Positions 12,526 to 23,800 of a stretch of DNA of 64,000 nt are shown one piece after another. The notes beneath the pieces are model-generated. The model did no database searches. It was not told the DNA's origin and was given only the letters and a program-made list of their open reading frames with translations. Numbering within the stretch: the first letter of the stretch is position 1; every line of letters starts with the position of its first letter. Position numbers and translations under genes: made by a program. Source of the stretch: Ophelia neglecta (lineage: Eukaryota); the NCBI GenBank assembly GCA_965285935.1, contig OZ260662.1:29140001-29204000 (forward strand), in the 5' to 3' direction.

Positions 12526-13150
12526 TGATTCTACCCAACTACAGCAGTACGTTTAGCTAAGCTGACGTGAGATTCTACCGATCTACGATAGTATATGTAG
12601 CCAAGCCAGCACCAGATACTAAGGATCTACAGCAGTATATGTAGCTAAGCCAGCGCCCAATTCTACCAGTTCTACCAATCTATGGTAGTACATGTAGGTA
12701 AGCCAATGCCCAATTCTACTGAACTATGGTAAAACATGTAGCTAAGCCCCCCCCCCCCCCCCAATTCTACTGAACTATGGTGAGATATTTAGCTAAGCCA
12801 ATGCCCTATTCTACCGATGTATGGTAGTATACATAGCTATGCCAGGTCTGAATTCAACCAATCTATGGTAGTACATGTAGCTAAGCCAGGTCCGAATTCT
12901 ACCAATCTATGGTAGTACATGTAGCTAAGCCAGGTCTGAATTCTACCAATCTATGGTAGTACATGTAGCTAAGCCAGGTCCGAATTCTACCAATCTATGG
13001 TAGTACATGTAGCTAAGCCAGGTCTGAATTCTACCAATCTATGGTAGTACATGTAGCTAAGCCAGGTCTGAATTCTACCAATCTATGGTAGTACATGTAG
13101 CTAAGCCAGGTCTGAATTCTACCAATCTATGGTAGTACATGTAGCTAATG
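12526..13150. repeat. 44-bp minisatellite (GCCAGGTCTGAATTCTACCAATCTATGGTAGTACATGTAGCTAA)
   Basis: Seven near-identical copies start at 12841, 12885, 12929, 12973, 13017, 13061 and 13105. About 7 degenerate copies precede them from ~12526, one interrupted by poly-C. Confidence 0.97.
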
Positions 13151-13906
13151 TAGCACCTGATTCTTCTGAGGTACGAAACCAAGAGCTTTTCTATGACATT
13201 GGATGATCTCAGATCAAACTGTTATGTTAGTGTTTAATGTTTGATGATTATAAAAGGTCGAGTTGGATGAAGGAGGCTACATATGGCGCCCCCTTGTGCC
13301 CAAATTGTTTGTAGGTCTTCTCTTGTCAATCCTTGCCTTGAAATGATGTAACAAAGTCCATTCAATCATACATATCCCGAAAATTCATATTATAATATAT
13401 AATAAATCTGTTGTGGTGATGTCTAGTAATTAACATAGAAGAAGATGGTTTAAATTGATGATGTGTGCAGCATAACCAAGTTTTGATTACCATTGTAATG
13501 TTGGATTTAATCTTATATCATAAAGTAGAAAAATGAATTTTTAATTTATTCACCTGATATTAGTGTAACCTATATTGGACTAATATTTTTGAAATTCTAA
13601 AAAATGCGAGTTTCTCAATTTAAACTCAGAAGCACTATGTTTGTATTGTACTAATGAAAATTAATAAATTAAGGTTAAAATTTGATAAATATATTGATCC
13701 AAATGAGGCATGTTCACTTAGTTTAATAGTATATGATATAGATTTGTATGAATGCCACTGCATCCTAAAATTACCTACTTGTTCATATTCAACTGAACTA
13801 TCACTACCAGTAGTTTTGCCAAAGGAAAGGAGTTTTCCAAAGAACAACTTTTAATTGTGTGTACAAGTTAAAAGCAATTACCACAATGAATTGCAATATT
13901 TAAGAG

Positions 13907-13962
13907 TGTAATGTAAATAAAAATGTTTCATACCACAATTTCCCTTTTCTTTTTTGTTCCCA
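13907..13962 (+). promoter_or_regulatory. Probable polyadenylation signal of the ZMAT3-like gene (3' UTR about 10281-13940)
   Basis: Two TGTA motifs (13907, 13912) lie directly before AATAAA (13916-13921), followed by CA and a T-rich downstream element (TTTCCCTTTTCTTTTTTGTT). Alternative AATAAA sites occur at 13401 and 13663 and ATTAAA sites occur earlier, so the actual end is uncertain. Confidence 0.55.
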
Positions 13963-16900
13963 GTGCATCCATGCACCGAGTTGGTGGCAGTGGTTACAAT
14001 TGGCCTAACACATAATTCATGTCATAAGACCGGTTTATCTTTGAAGATGGTAGATTTATTCATGGCTATATATAAGTACTTTGTATGGGTATGAACTGTG
14101 CTCTCTCTTTTTGACAACCCTGAAATACAAGCTCTGTTAACAAGCTACTTGGTCTCTGATAGCCAAATACAGCCAGGTTAAACAAATATATTATATCTGA
14201 GCTATCAATGACAGCCATATTGCCTCTTATTACAATTTCAGAAGTGGTAATCTAAAAATTATCACCCCCCATTCAGTATGAAGTCATTATTGGTTTGGGA
14301 GTATTTTACATTGTTGTAGGGAGAGATCTGAGGGAGCTACACACATGGTAAGGTGGGTAAGGTTATGGGGTGGCGTAGGTTACGACAACACTGTAAAATA
14401 CATATATATGTATAGCCTAGTAAAAACAGGAACTGGTTTTGAAAAAAAAACTCTTGGTTTGAGTTATGAGAAATAGCAGAACAAAATGACATCTGCTAGG
14501 GCAATTATACAATGACGTTTTTCAATCCAAAAAATATTGACCATATCAGTAGGATCTACAGTATATGATTTTATGTTTGAAAAATTAGTGTTTTGATGTG
14601 TTTGATTTGTTTCAGACATGTCTGGGTATTTTCTTTAAAACTAACATGTAGCATAATTATGATAATTGTGAGTATCTACACTTTGGAAAGATAGGCATAC
14701 TTTTCAGTATTTATTTTGTTAAAATGAACAAAAGGTTCTGTTGACTTGTATGATATTCTCCGAGTGTGACAATTGCTGCACATGTTGTCCCTGATAAAAA
14801 ATGCAGCTTGACGTTATGTAAATATGCTGTAATGTGATGAAATAGCAGCTAATATTTACTCTGCCATCTATATATGAGCCCATTGCTATAAAACAGACCC
14901 AAGGACCTCGGTCAATTCACCATACTGCACACACGGGTGTGGAAAGGTGTGCCCGAGCATATCCTCAGACGCTCAATTGTCAGGTAATTGGCAAAAAAAC
15001 TCCAAACCAAATGTGTTTGGATTATGATCAATTCATCCAGTTGGCCTGTATTGAAACTGATATTAAAGCCCACTGCTCACTTCAAAGACTGGCAAAGTAC
15101 GTCTGATACACAGCTCAGTGAAGATTAAATTCATTCAAATCTATTTATGCAGCCTTCTGTTATAGTTTCCCTAAGCAGGAGAGGCATAATTAATCAGTTT
15201 ATTTGTATTCATCCGATGTGTTGTGAAGGTTTCCCTTCATTCAACAATAACCTATAGATGTTCAGATGATTAATTCCACTTGAACGTAATAAATATTCTT
15301 CACCACTTTCTTGTATTTTTTTGTCAATTCTAACTTCACATCACTTTGCAGCAAAAATGGAAAGTTTCCTGTCACAAAAATAAGATATATCTGAAAAGGA
15401 TGTGATATATGGTTACATCAAGCCTGTTTATTTTACTTTCAATTTTCAATCTGCAGTTAAAAAAATAAAAGTCTGTCTTCACAGTGTCATCTGACTTCAA
15501 TGCCTAGAGACTGACATGGTACACAGACTGTAAAAAGGGCCATCATATATATTTTTGGCAATTATATCGCTTTTGCGCAGCTGAATAATAACTATGTTTG
15601 CTTGGTCATGCATTTATTTCCATCTGAAAAGTCAACCTGTTTATCATATTTATTTGTATAATATAAATAAAATGCAAAAAAAGATCTGTCACTTGAAGGT
15701 AGCCTAAAACACAACTGTGAGTGCGCTATTCTGATGTCTGCATGATGACATTTCACATCACTTTCACCTGAAAGTAAATACCCTGCCATATTGGTTCCTA
15801 ACCCCTTTCTGTTAGATAAATAGCTAGTTAGACACTGGACTATATTGGACTTTATTTATGTCATGTCTCCTGGTCAAAATGCACACAAAACTCAGATGCA
15901 GGGACTGGCTATCAAAGAAATATGACACATTGTCTCTAAATGCATTTATGAAAAGCAAACACTGGTAGAGCCCTGTGTGCATTATGAAAACAGGTCGTGT
16001 CTGGTCTGGCATGCGCCTCCCTGTGTCCACACACGGCCAGGACGATTTACTGCAGTAACAAGCCATTTTTGTTGACCATCTGATGTTTACCTGGAATATA
16101 TAAGCTTTCTCCAATGTTCTGAGGTCATCCTTTGTTTTAACAAGGAGGCAGCAACATCCACAATAATTGCAGCCTACTTCTGGCATCAAACTACCAAGCA
16201 AAAGTTATTGAGAAGTCAGGGCTTGGACTCTATCATTATAACATATAATCATTTGCAAGTTGGTTTCCATTTGCATAGCATATATTAATAAATAAAAATA
16301 CCTTAAATGTTAAGGAGATGACCACCGATAGGCACTCCTATGATCAGCCCCTCTGTGTAATATGGACTAACCATAACAACAGGAAAAAGGCATCAGATTT
16401 GTGAACATTTGAGCAAAATATTGAGGCCTTCCTCTGAAGCTTTCATAACTTTTGCTTCAAGTGATAACCATAATAGTTCTTACAGTCAAGACATTTTATA
16501 AATTTCAAAAAAGGTGTGCGTGTTAGCAACAATTTTAATTTCAGTACTAAATTTGATGGAAGTTGCAATATAGCAAAGTAATAAACAGTTGATTTTACAT
16601 CGCATTCATCTCTGGGAATTTTGTACTTTATAATTTTCAAAACTAATATCAGACTTCTTTTCCAAATAACTTGTCCATTTCCTTTTTAAAAAGCCAAATG
16701 TTTGTATCGTTATATTTATATGGGAATTTTGTTTTTAATTATTTCAAAAATAATATCAGACATTTCTGTATAGAACTTGTTCATTTCCTTATTAAAAATC
16801 CTAGTTACTTGTATTAGCACATTTAAAGAACAAACCTTAAAAAGCAATGTTCCCAGAGATGTCAATGCTTGGGATGTGAAATTATATGAACATTTCAATG

Positions 16901-17379
16901 CTGTGTTACACAGTTTACCAGATGAATGATTAAAACCCTGCTAACTTTTTAATTTATTCACTGTACATGACACAATAATAGTTGTTACTGGCAAAAAGTA
17001 AATAGTTCACAGAAAGTTCTCATAATCATGCTTCTTAGATTTACAAATTTGACATACTGTGTGTGAACATTATTGGGCATTAAACAGTTGGCGCATAAAA
17101 TACATGCCTAACAGGCAAAATCTAATTTACATCTATAAATGTTGTAATTTATCTAATTGAAAGTCATGGGTACTATGGGGATAAATGAAATCTAAAAAAC
17201 GTAATACCATAGAACAGCGAATGTAAAAGGTTATTAACATAAAATGTATGTAACAGTTTTCATCTTCATATACCCCTAACAAAGCCATGTTGTATTATGT
17301 TAAATCTATGTGTACATGAAAGGGGGAGGCCGATAAAAATAGGTGTTTTATTGATATTATAAGCATTTATCAACAAAGC

Positions 17380-20300
17380 AGTGTCGTCAAGGGTAAGATC
17401 ACCAGGAGTGTTTATGTGTCCGCTTTTGCACATTACCGTTTTGTTCGTGGGCAAATGCCACGCATTTTTAACCCTAGTTATCTACCCACACAAAGAACAT
17501 TTTCAATTTACTACATTAGTTACTGTAGCTCTCACTTTTCAAGAGTTGTTTCGACAGACTCTGCGAGTCTTATTTAAAAACCATGTGTTTTGAAGAGTCG
17601 TCTGGTCGTAAAAATCATGTTTGGCACACGTGCTTCATATTTTAGAGCAGTCGTGATTTGGTATTGAAACACAATATGTCTACTATGATCATAATATACC
17701 TGTCATTTGCCTTGTATATCGACTAACAGGTACATAATCATATTCCTAACATAAAAAAATCATAAAATAAAAATCTGACTACTCTCATATTGATTGTGTC
17801 GTGTGGAAGAACGAAAGGGTCATTTTACATCTCACGCTATTGGTTATAATATTAATTAGGTTTGCTGAAAAAACATCATTTGCATATTGAACTTATGCTT
17901 TCGTGCATATAATTGTACACAGTATCATGGAATAAAATAACAAAGACATTTCAAATAGCTTTGCATTGTTTTAAAGGGCGCCACAAGAGAAAAATGTCTC
18001 TCTTAGGCTAACGGACATTATAAAGCAGCTGCCTTCTACCCAGGCTTGTCTTTACCTGCCTAGAAACCAGACGGTTGCCTCGGACAACAAACGAAGATAA
18101 AACGAACAGAAGAAGTAATCAACTGCAATCAAAAAGGGATTAGTTAGCTAATTAACCACTTCTGACTTCTTAGCTCACCGATGCTGCTGTATGTTAGACG
18201 GTTAATAAGAAACGCATTTCAATTGATGCACAAACTGAATAACTAATAAAGGTATAGCGCCTAACTTTCCCCCTTGCCGTGTATCTTTAAGAGCTTTTCA
18301 ATGGATACTTGTGTGGCGTTTTAATCGGTTTAAGGTGGGGCGGGTGCCACCGGGGAAGTGGATTACTTTGGTATTCCTGTTATTCAGATGAATGAGAACG
18401 CTAATTGAACGCTATTGTTTCTGTGTCTCTATTGTGCCGGCTGGCATATACAGGACTAATATTTTCTTTTCGGCTAAGTCCCTAAAAGAATACTACCACA
18501 GAACTACCCACACACGGGAGTAATTTCCTAATAATGACTGTTTGGTTTTAGTCAAAACATAAGCAGTTGGAAAATAGGGCCCGTCTCAAATTAATAGGAA
18601 AATGTCATAACGCAGGGATGGAAAATCGTGGCACTTTCATGGTGTTAAGTCGTGTTGGCATTAATCTAATTTGAAATGGCCCCGTAACAGTAAATATTTC
18701 AGTCCACATACAGTTAATTTAGGTGTAGGTTGAATAACAATAATGTTTCAAATGTTGGTTCACCTGTCAATGTGCACAGAAAAACCTGCCAGACGTGGCA
18801 GAGTTACACTGGGCTATTAGTTATGACGCTCTGACAAAAGGAATCATATAAATATACCGTGAACAATGCACGATGTGACATATAACAACGAACATATAAT
18901 TAAACCACGATGCTGTCCCTCAGCTCAGACAGCAGACACGGTATGAATATGTTTATTTGCGGTATCACAGATCTATCTATGCATGGGGATACACATTACG
19001 TACGTTGGCCTTAAATGTAGAAAATATGAAACTGATCAGGCTGGTCTGGTCGTAAAAAAAGATAGTGTCGAAAACCGACACTTTTTTAGAGGAACCAGTA
19101 TATGCAGGACGGACTGCGATGAATATTAATTTAAACATGTTTTTCTTGCTCCAAATCCAGTTTATAACTTTTAACCCTAAGTGGCAAAATGACTAAAGAG
19201 ATAATTGTAATTAAGGTACCTGTAAACCCCTATAGCTATAAAGTTGTAAATGTAGCAATTTTCAAACAAATACAGCAATAAATACACATTAAATGCAATT
19301 CCAGGGACTGGGAAGTTAACCCTGGTACTAATTTCAACCAGTGCAGTGCACAGACAATGCCCGTTTGCGTAGTGAGTGGAAAATGAACGTGATTGGCGAG
19401 GTGGCGAACCGCGCAGTGGCGACACCTAACGTGTAATATAGTCTACCATGTAATGAGCTTTACTCGTAAGGGAATGACTGAAAAGGGACAGTTAGGTTGC
19501 GTGATACCGACATGCCGAGGCGGAAGGAAAAGAACAATTTCTTGTGTTACATTGTACTTCATTCCTGTTTGAAATTGACAGAAGGAAACACAGCTTCGTC
19601 GATGTGATGAAAGTTAGAATAATGTGTCAACAGTTTCATAAAAGTAGTTAGAAATTTTCTGTAACGATCAACTGACTTTTCAATCGACTCTATAGTAACG
19701 ATACCATCGCTGACAAATGTTATCAATTCTTGTCAAAAGTTACTAAGTTGGTTTAAGATAAAGAGTATTCGTTAATCGAAAATGTGTGATAATACCAAGT
19801 AACATATTTCACTGTAGATAAAGTTGACATTACTTGGTGGTGTGGTTTCACAAGTCCATGTGAAGCCATAATCCCATCGGGTTTATTCATTGCATTGGTG
19901 AAACTCTTTATTCGCAGCGAATACTTCTTCTCTGTGTTATCTTAGGAGAAAACAGATTGCAAATTATATTTGTCGATTAGTAAAGACATTTTGCGCTGCC
20001 AAATTTACTCTTACAGCTATTTCAGTCAGTGAGTTGAACAGTGCAAGTCCGCTATCACGGCATTGGCTGAGCGCGTTAAATATTCATGAGGTGATTAGCA
20101 TATCACCTGGCCTGTGTGTGTGAGAGAGCGAAGGGTATAGCAGACGGCAGTGTGTGATCATGGCGGCCAGCGTGTGGATGTACTGGCTCCGGCCGCTGGT
20201 AACTTGTGGATTTTTATGTGGATTATTACCATTTACAGTTGGAAATGAAGGTAAGTTCCTTTGAATGATAGCAGTACTTCGGGTTTGTGTAGTTTATGCA

Positions 20301-20890
20301 GTATTATTTGGTGTCATAGCTGAAACATTGAAGCTTAAAGCTCCGGGGGATGCTGATGTTGTATTCACTTGCCCACTATTTGGCTGGTGAGTTTGAGGCT
20401 GGTCGGCCGTCCGTCGGTCTGTGGTCCATCGAACAACCGCTTATCTGTGCTAGTTACCTTCAAAGCTAAGCTGTTTTCTCATCACTGAATCTGTTTTATT
20501 TCATTTTAAAATGACCCTGGTGTACGAGAAGGACAGCCGTAAAGAAATGGTGTCATTAATATGTCAAATTTAAGTCGTGCAAACTTGAGCCCTGCTTTTC
20601 ATTCTAAGATGTTGTGACCTCGAAAGCACTTTTCAATTTTGTGAATTTGATCAAATTTCGCCAAGATAATTATGTCGCAACCAAAATATGAGAAATAAAG
20701 TTTGTCTCCCCTGTCAAACCACGAATCCTGACTTCTCATCTGTGATTGTTTACGATTTAATGAGCATTCTGTGGTATGCTATGATTGCCCATCTGAAGAA
20801 CAGTGTGCCCATCAAGTGATCATTAAGGTACTGTTCGGAGGTGCCGGTGTCTGTATGTGCGCTGAATGCACATTACCCTGACAAGCCACG
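17380..20890. promoter_or_regulatory. CpG-retaining promoter/5' region of the Eph gene
   Basis: CpG is visibly frequent here and scarce in flanking introns (judged by eye). Reverse CCAAT boxes (ATTGG) occur at 19392 and 20062, an octamer-like ATTAGCAT at 20094, and an Inr-like TCAGT near 20022. Confidence 0.6.
20160..20250 (+). CDS. Eph: Eph receptor tyrosine kinase, coding exon 1 (signal peptide)
   Basis: ATG in strong Kozak context (ATCATGG) reads MAASVWMYWLRPLVTCGFLCGLLPFTVGNE+G, a hydrophobic leader. It ends at a consensus donor AAG|GTAAGT (20251) in phase 1, lies inside a CpG-rich zone and joins in frame to exon 42738. Confidence 0.88.
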
Positions 20891-23800
20891 GTGGTAATAG
20901 CTAGTGGTTGCTTGGATGGTTTTCCTATCCCGGGGCAATTTGTGCTGAAACTCTAGCCATTCTGTTCAGTATCTTCTTAGCTGATGTCAACTTTCGCCTC
21001 TGCATTGCCCCAGGTAAAACTGTGGGAATGCCAGCAGAAAGTGCATCCCAATGTTGATGGTCCTCTTCAAATAGTTGGAAAGTTGTCTGGAATGCCTGCA
21101 AAAATTGTAGAGAAAGTACGCAGGTTATTCTCTTCTTAACATTTGTATTCCAATTTAAAACATTACACATAAGATGTGTGGTTATTTGGACAGGATTCAT
21201 TACAAGAGTCAACTTGAAGTAGCTTAGTTTAATTAACATGATATTTTGTTATCACAATATGTTTTTTATTATCAAATTTGACAAATATGCTGTTAGCATT
21301 AAGCTTAAGTTACCAATGTGAAAACTGATAAGGCTCTAGGTGCTACACAGAGGTTTGGTTGTCACATTTTCTGACCACCACCTGAATGGCTGATTATTTG
21401 AGGTGTCCACTCACATAACTAGATATTTACTTACCCATTAAAGAACAATACCCCTAACTACTTCCAATAATCACTGGCTGTCAACAGTTTGTGTATAAAT
21501 AGTATTTATTGTCAACCTGATTAAGAGAGTTGGAAAGGAATTTTGACACATGCAAATGTCTGAAAGGTACCAACAATGTGCTCATTGCATTGGTTTAAAC
21601 TGAGCACACATAAGTGCCAATATTCGCCACACTTCATATGCTTGGCAAGCAATGGTCCAGCCATTGTTTAGCCAAAGTTGGAAACTGCTGAATAATGGCT
21701 TACCATAAACAAATTTACACCCGAAATGGTATCCTTTGTCTGAGCAGTTTCATTCTTCCAACAACTGAACACTCTTTACCAGTCTAAATTTGCTTATAAT
21801 GTCAAGCAGCATAGTTTGCAAATATGCTTTAGGAGAATTTCTTTAATGTTGCATGTTTTTATTTAACCTTCTACATTTTTTTTTCTTTTGAGTGCAGACA
21901 AATCCTAAGTTCTTTGGGTACTTTAGCAACTCACTGCAAGTGAAGGCATAAGTTATGTAGTTAAGATTTATTTGAAAGATAGTCAGACTATTACAAGCAA
22001 GAAAACCTAGTGTTTTACAAACTACAAACTTAGCGTGTGCCTGGGTCTTTAAAAGAGATTACCTTTGTGCACAAGACCGTGCTCGCTTAATTGTCATATA
22101 GGGTCAAACCCATAAAGGTATCTGTTATTATTAGCATGATGATTGCCAATTCACATAAGCCCGCTAATGTGCTGTAAGCAGTATTCATGGTGTCCTGTCA
22201 CTAGCTTTCCTGTCAAACCAATAATAAATTGGGGTAACAATTTTTATTTGTTGAATAGCAAAGCGGAAAGAGGTTTGCATTGAATACGGGGAACTTCTTC
22301 AGCTTAAGGACAGCCATTTGCAATGGTGTGCCACAGAGTAGACTGCAGACCAGTCTTTTAGTTCCAATATTTACTTACCCCACGGCCTTATAGCTTGTGG
22401 TAGATTGGTACAAAACCCAGCAAACAATCGTGGGGTAAAATGGCCGACAGAAATATAAATATTGAATGGCCGTAGAGCTATAGCTGGACATTAATAATGA
22501 AAGAAGTGCATGGTAGATACAAATTAATAAGGCTGCAATCATCCACCAATGAGTAACTTCTCAAGTGTTTTTTAGATGTTATTCTAAAATGTAATAACCA
22601 TTTATTCAAGCGACCAGTATAAACTGACTGGTGGTGATCACCACAATCCATTATGAAACAATATAGAAACATGGCTGATTGTGATTCGTTTGTGTTGATT
22701 ATTTCACCTGAATGATCTGATAGAAAGCGAGAATCTTCGGTAATTGAGCATAAATTTTACATTCTTTGTTTTGCCTAGGTGGTAATTTGCCAGCTCTGGA
22801 TTGTTTATTTCAGACACAAGCTGCATGAAAGGCTCTTGATCTTCTTAGACCAGTCCCACTGACTGCCAGCTATAGAAGGGAGATTATCCCAGGTGCTCAG
22901 CGTTGTAGTGTCAGCAAGCTGATTCTAAATCTTAGCATTCTGTCTATGTATGCTAAGCTAATGAGGATAAATATTGGTTAAATGCAGAGCTGTCACTTGC
23001 AAATCATAACAGGCTCTTAGTTTGTGTGGGTTAAAATAGTGAACTACCTGTGTTCACCCCTGCAGGGGGCTATAATAATAAGTCATTGCTTAAAAAGTAA
23101 GGGAGTTTGTGTTGAAAAAGAAAAGAGCATGCCATGCATACTGATTTGAAGTCATATGGGTCACTTGCTTGCCCTTTATAGCTTTGTATTGAGATTGGGA
23201 AACGTGAAGAAACACACTGGCTTATCAAAGCCGCAACTAGAAACTTTTAATTAAAATAGTTTGTTAAGCATGGATAAACACAAGAATAATTGTCATGATA
23301 GAGACATTATTTTGTATTATCCTTGTGCAGATCTTATCCTCGCTTGATAGAAGAAAACAGCCATTTCAACTGTGGTTTCTGGAATATAGCATTTATCAAG
23401 GCAATACAGATATTTGATATACAGGTGAGCAGCAATTCAACAATATGTGAAACCATGTCACGTACAATGTATAATCATACTTTATTATTTCCTGGTTATA
23501 ATCTCTGAAGAGCTGACCCTGTGACTGGAGTCATAATGAGTGCATGTCAGTGTCAACACATTGTAACTAGGGAATGATAGATTTGAAAAGTGTCATCCCC
23601 CAGGAACTATTATGGTCATGGCAGTCCCTGGCCTAATATAGTCCCATTATGTGCCCATCCTCATGCAGACGTGCACTCATTTAGAGACCTCCTGATTCAT
23701 TAGACATCCTCAAATAGGGATTTCCTAAGTTCTACAGTCCTAGCTGATTGCTATAATGTGATAATAGGTCTTCTAGGCAGTGAGTTTAGAGGGTGATTAG

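Noticed and set aside
12526-13150. CRISPR-like appearance of the palindromic 44-bp array (also the 22-bp array at 2635)
   Set aside because: Units are head-to-tail with no unique spacers, there are no cas genes, and the context is a eukaryotic spliced gene.
19064-19088. Hairpin AGTGTCG-AAAAC-CGACACT plus a T-run resembling an intrinsic terminator
   Set aside because: This is eukaryotic intergenic DNA with no upstream gene or recognisable Pol III A/B boxes. It is probably MITE debris or chance.
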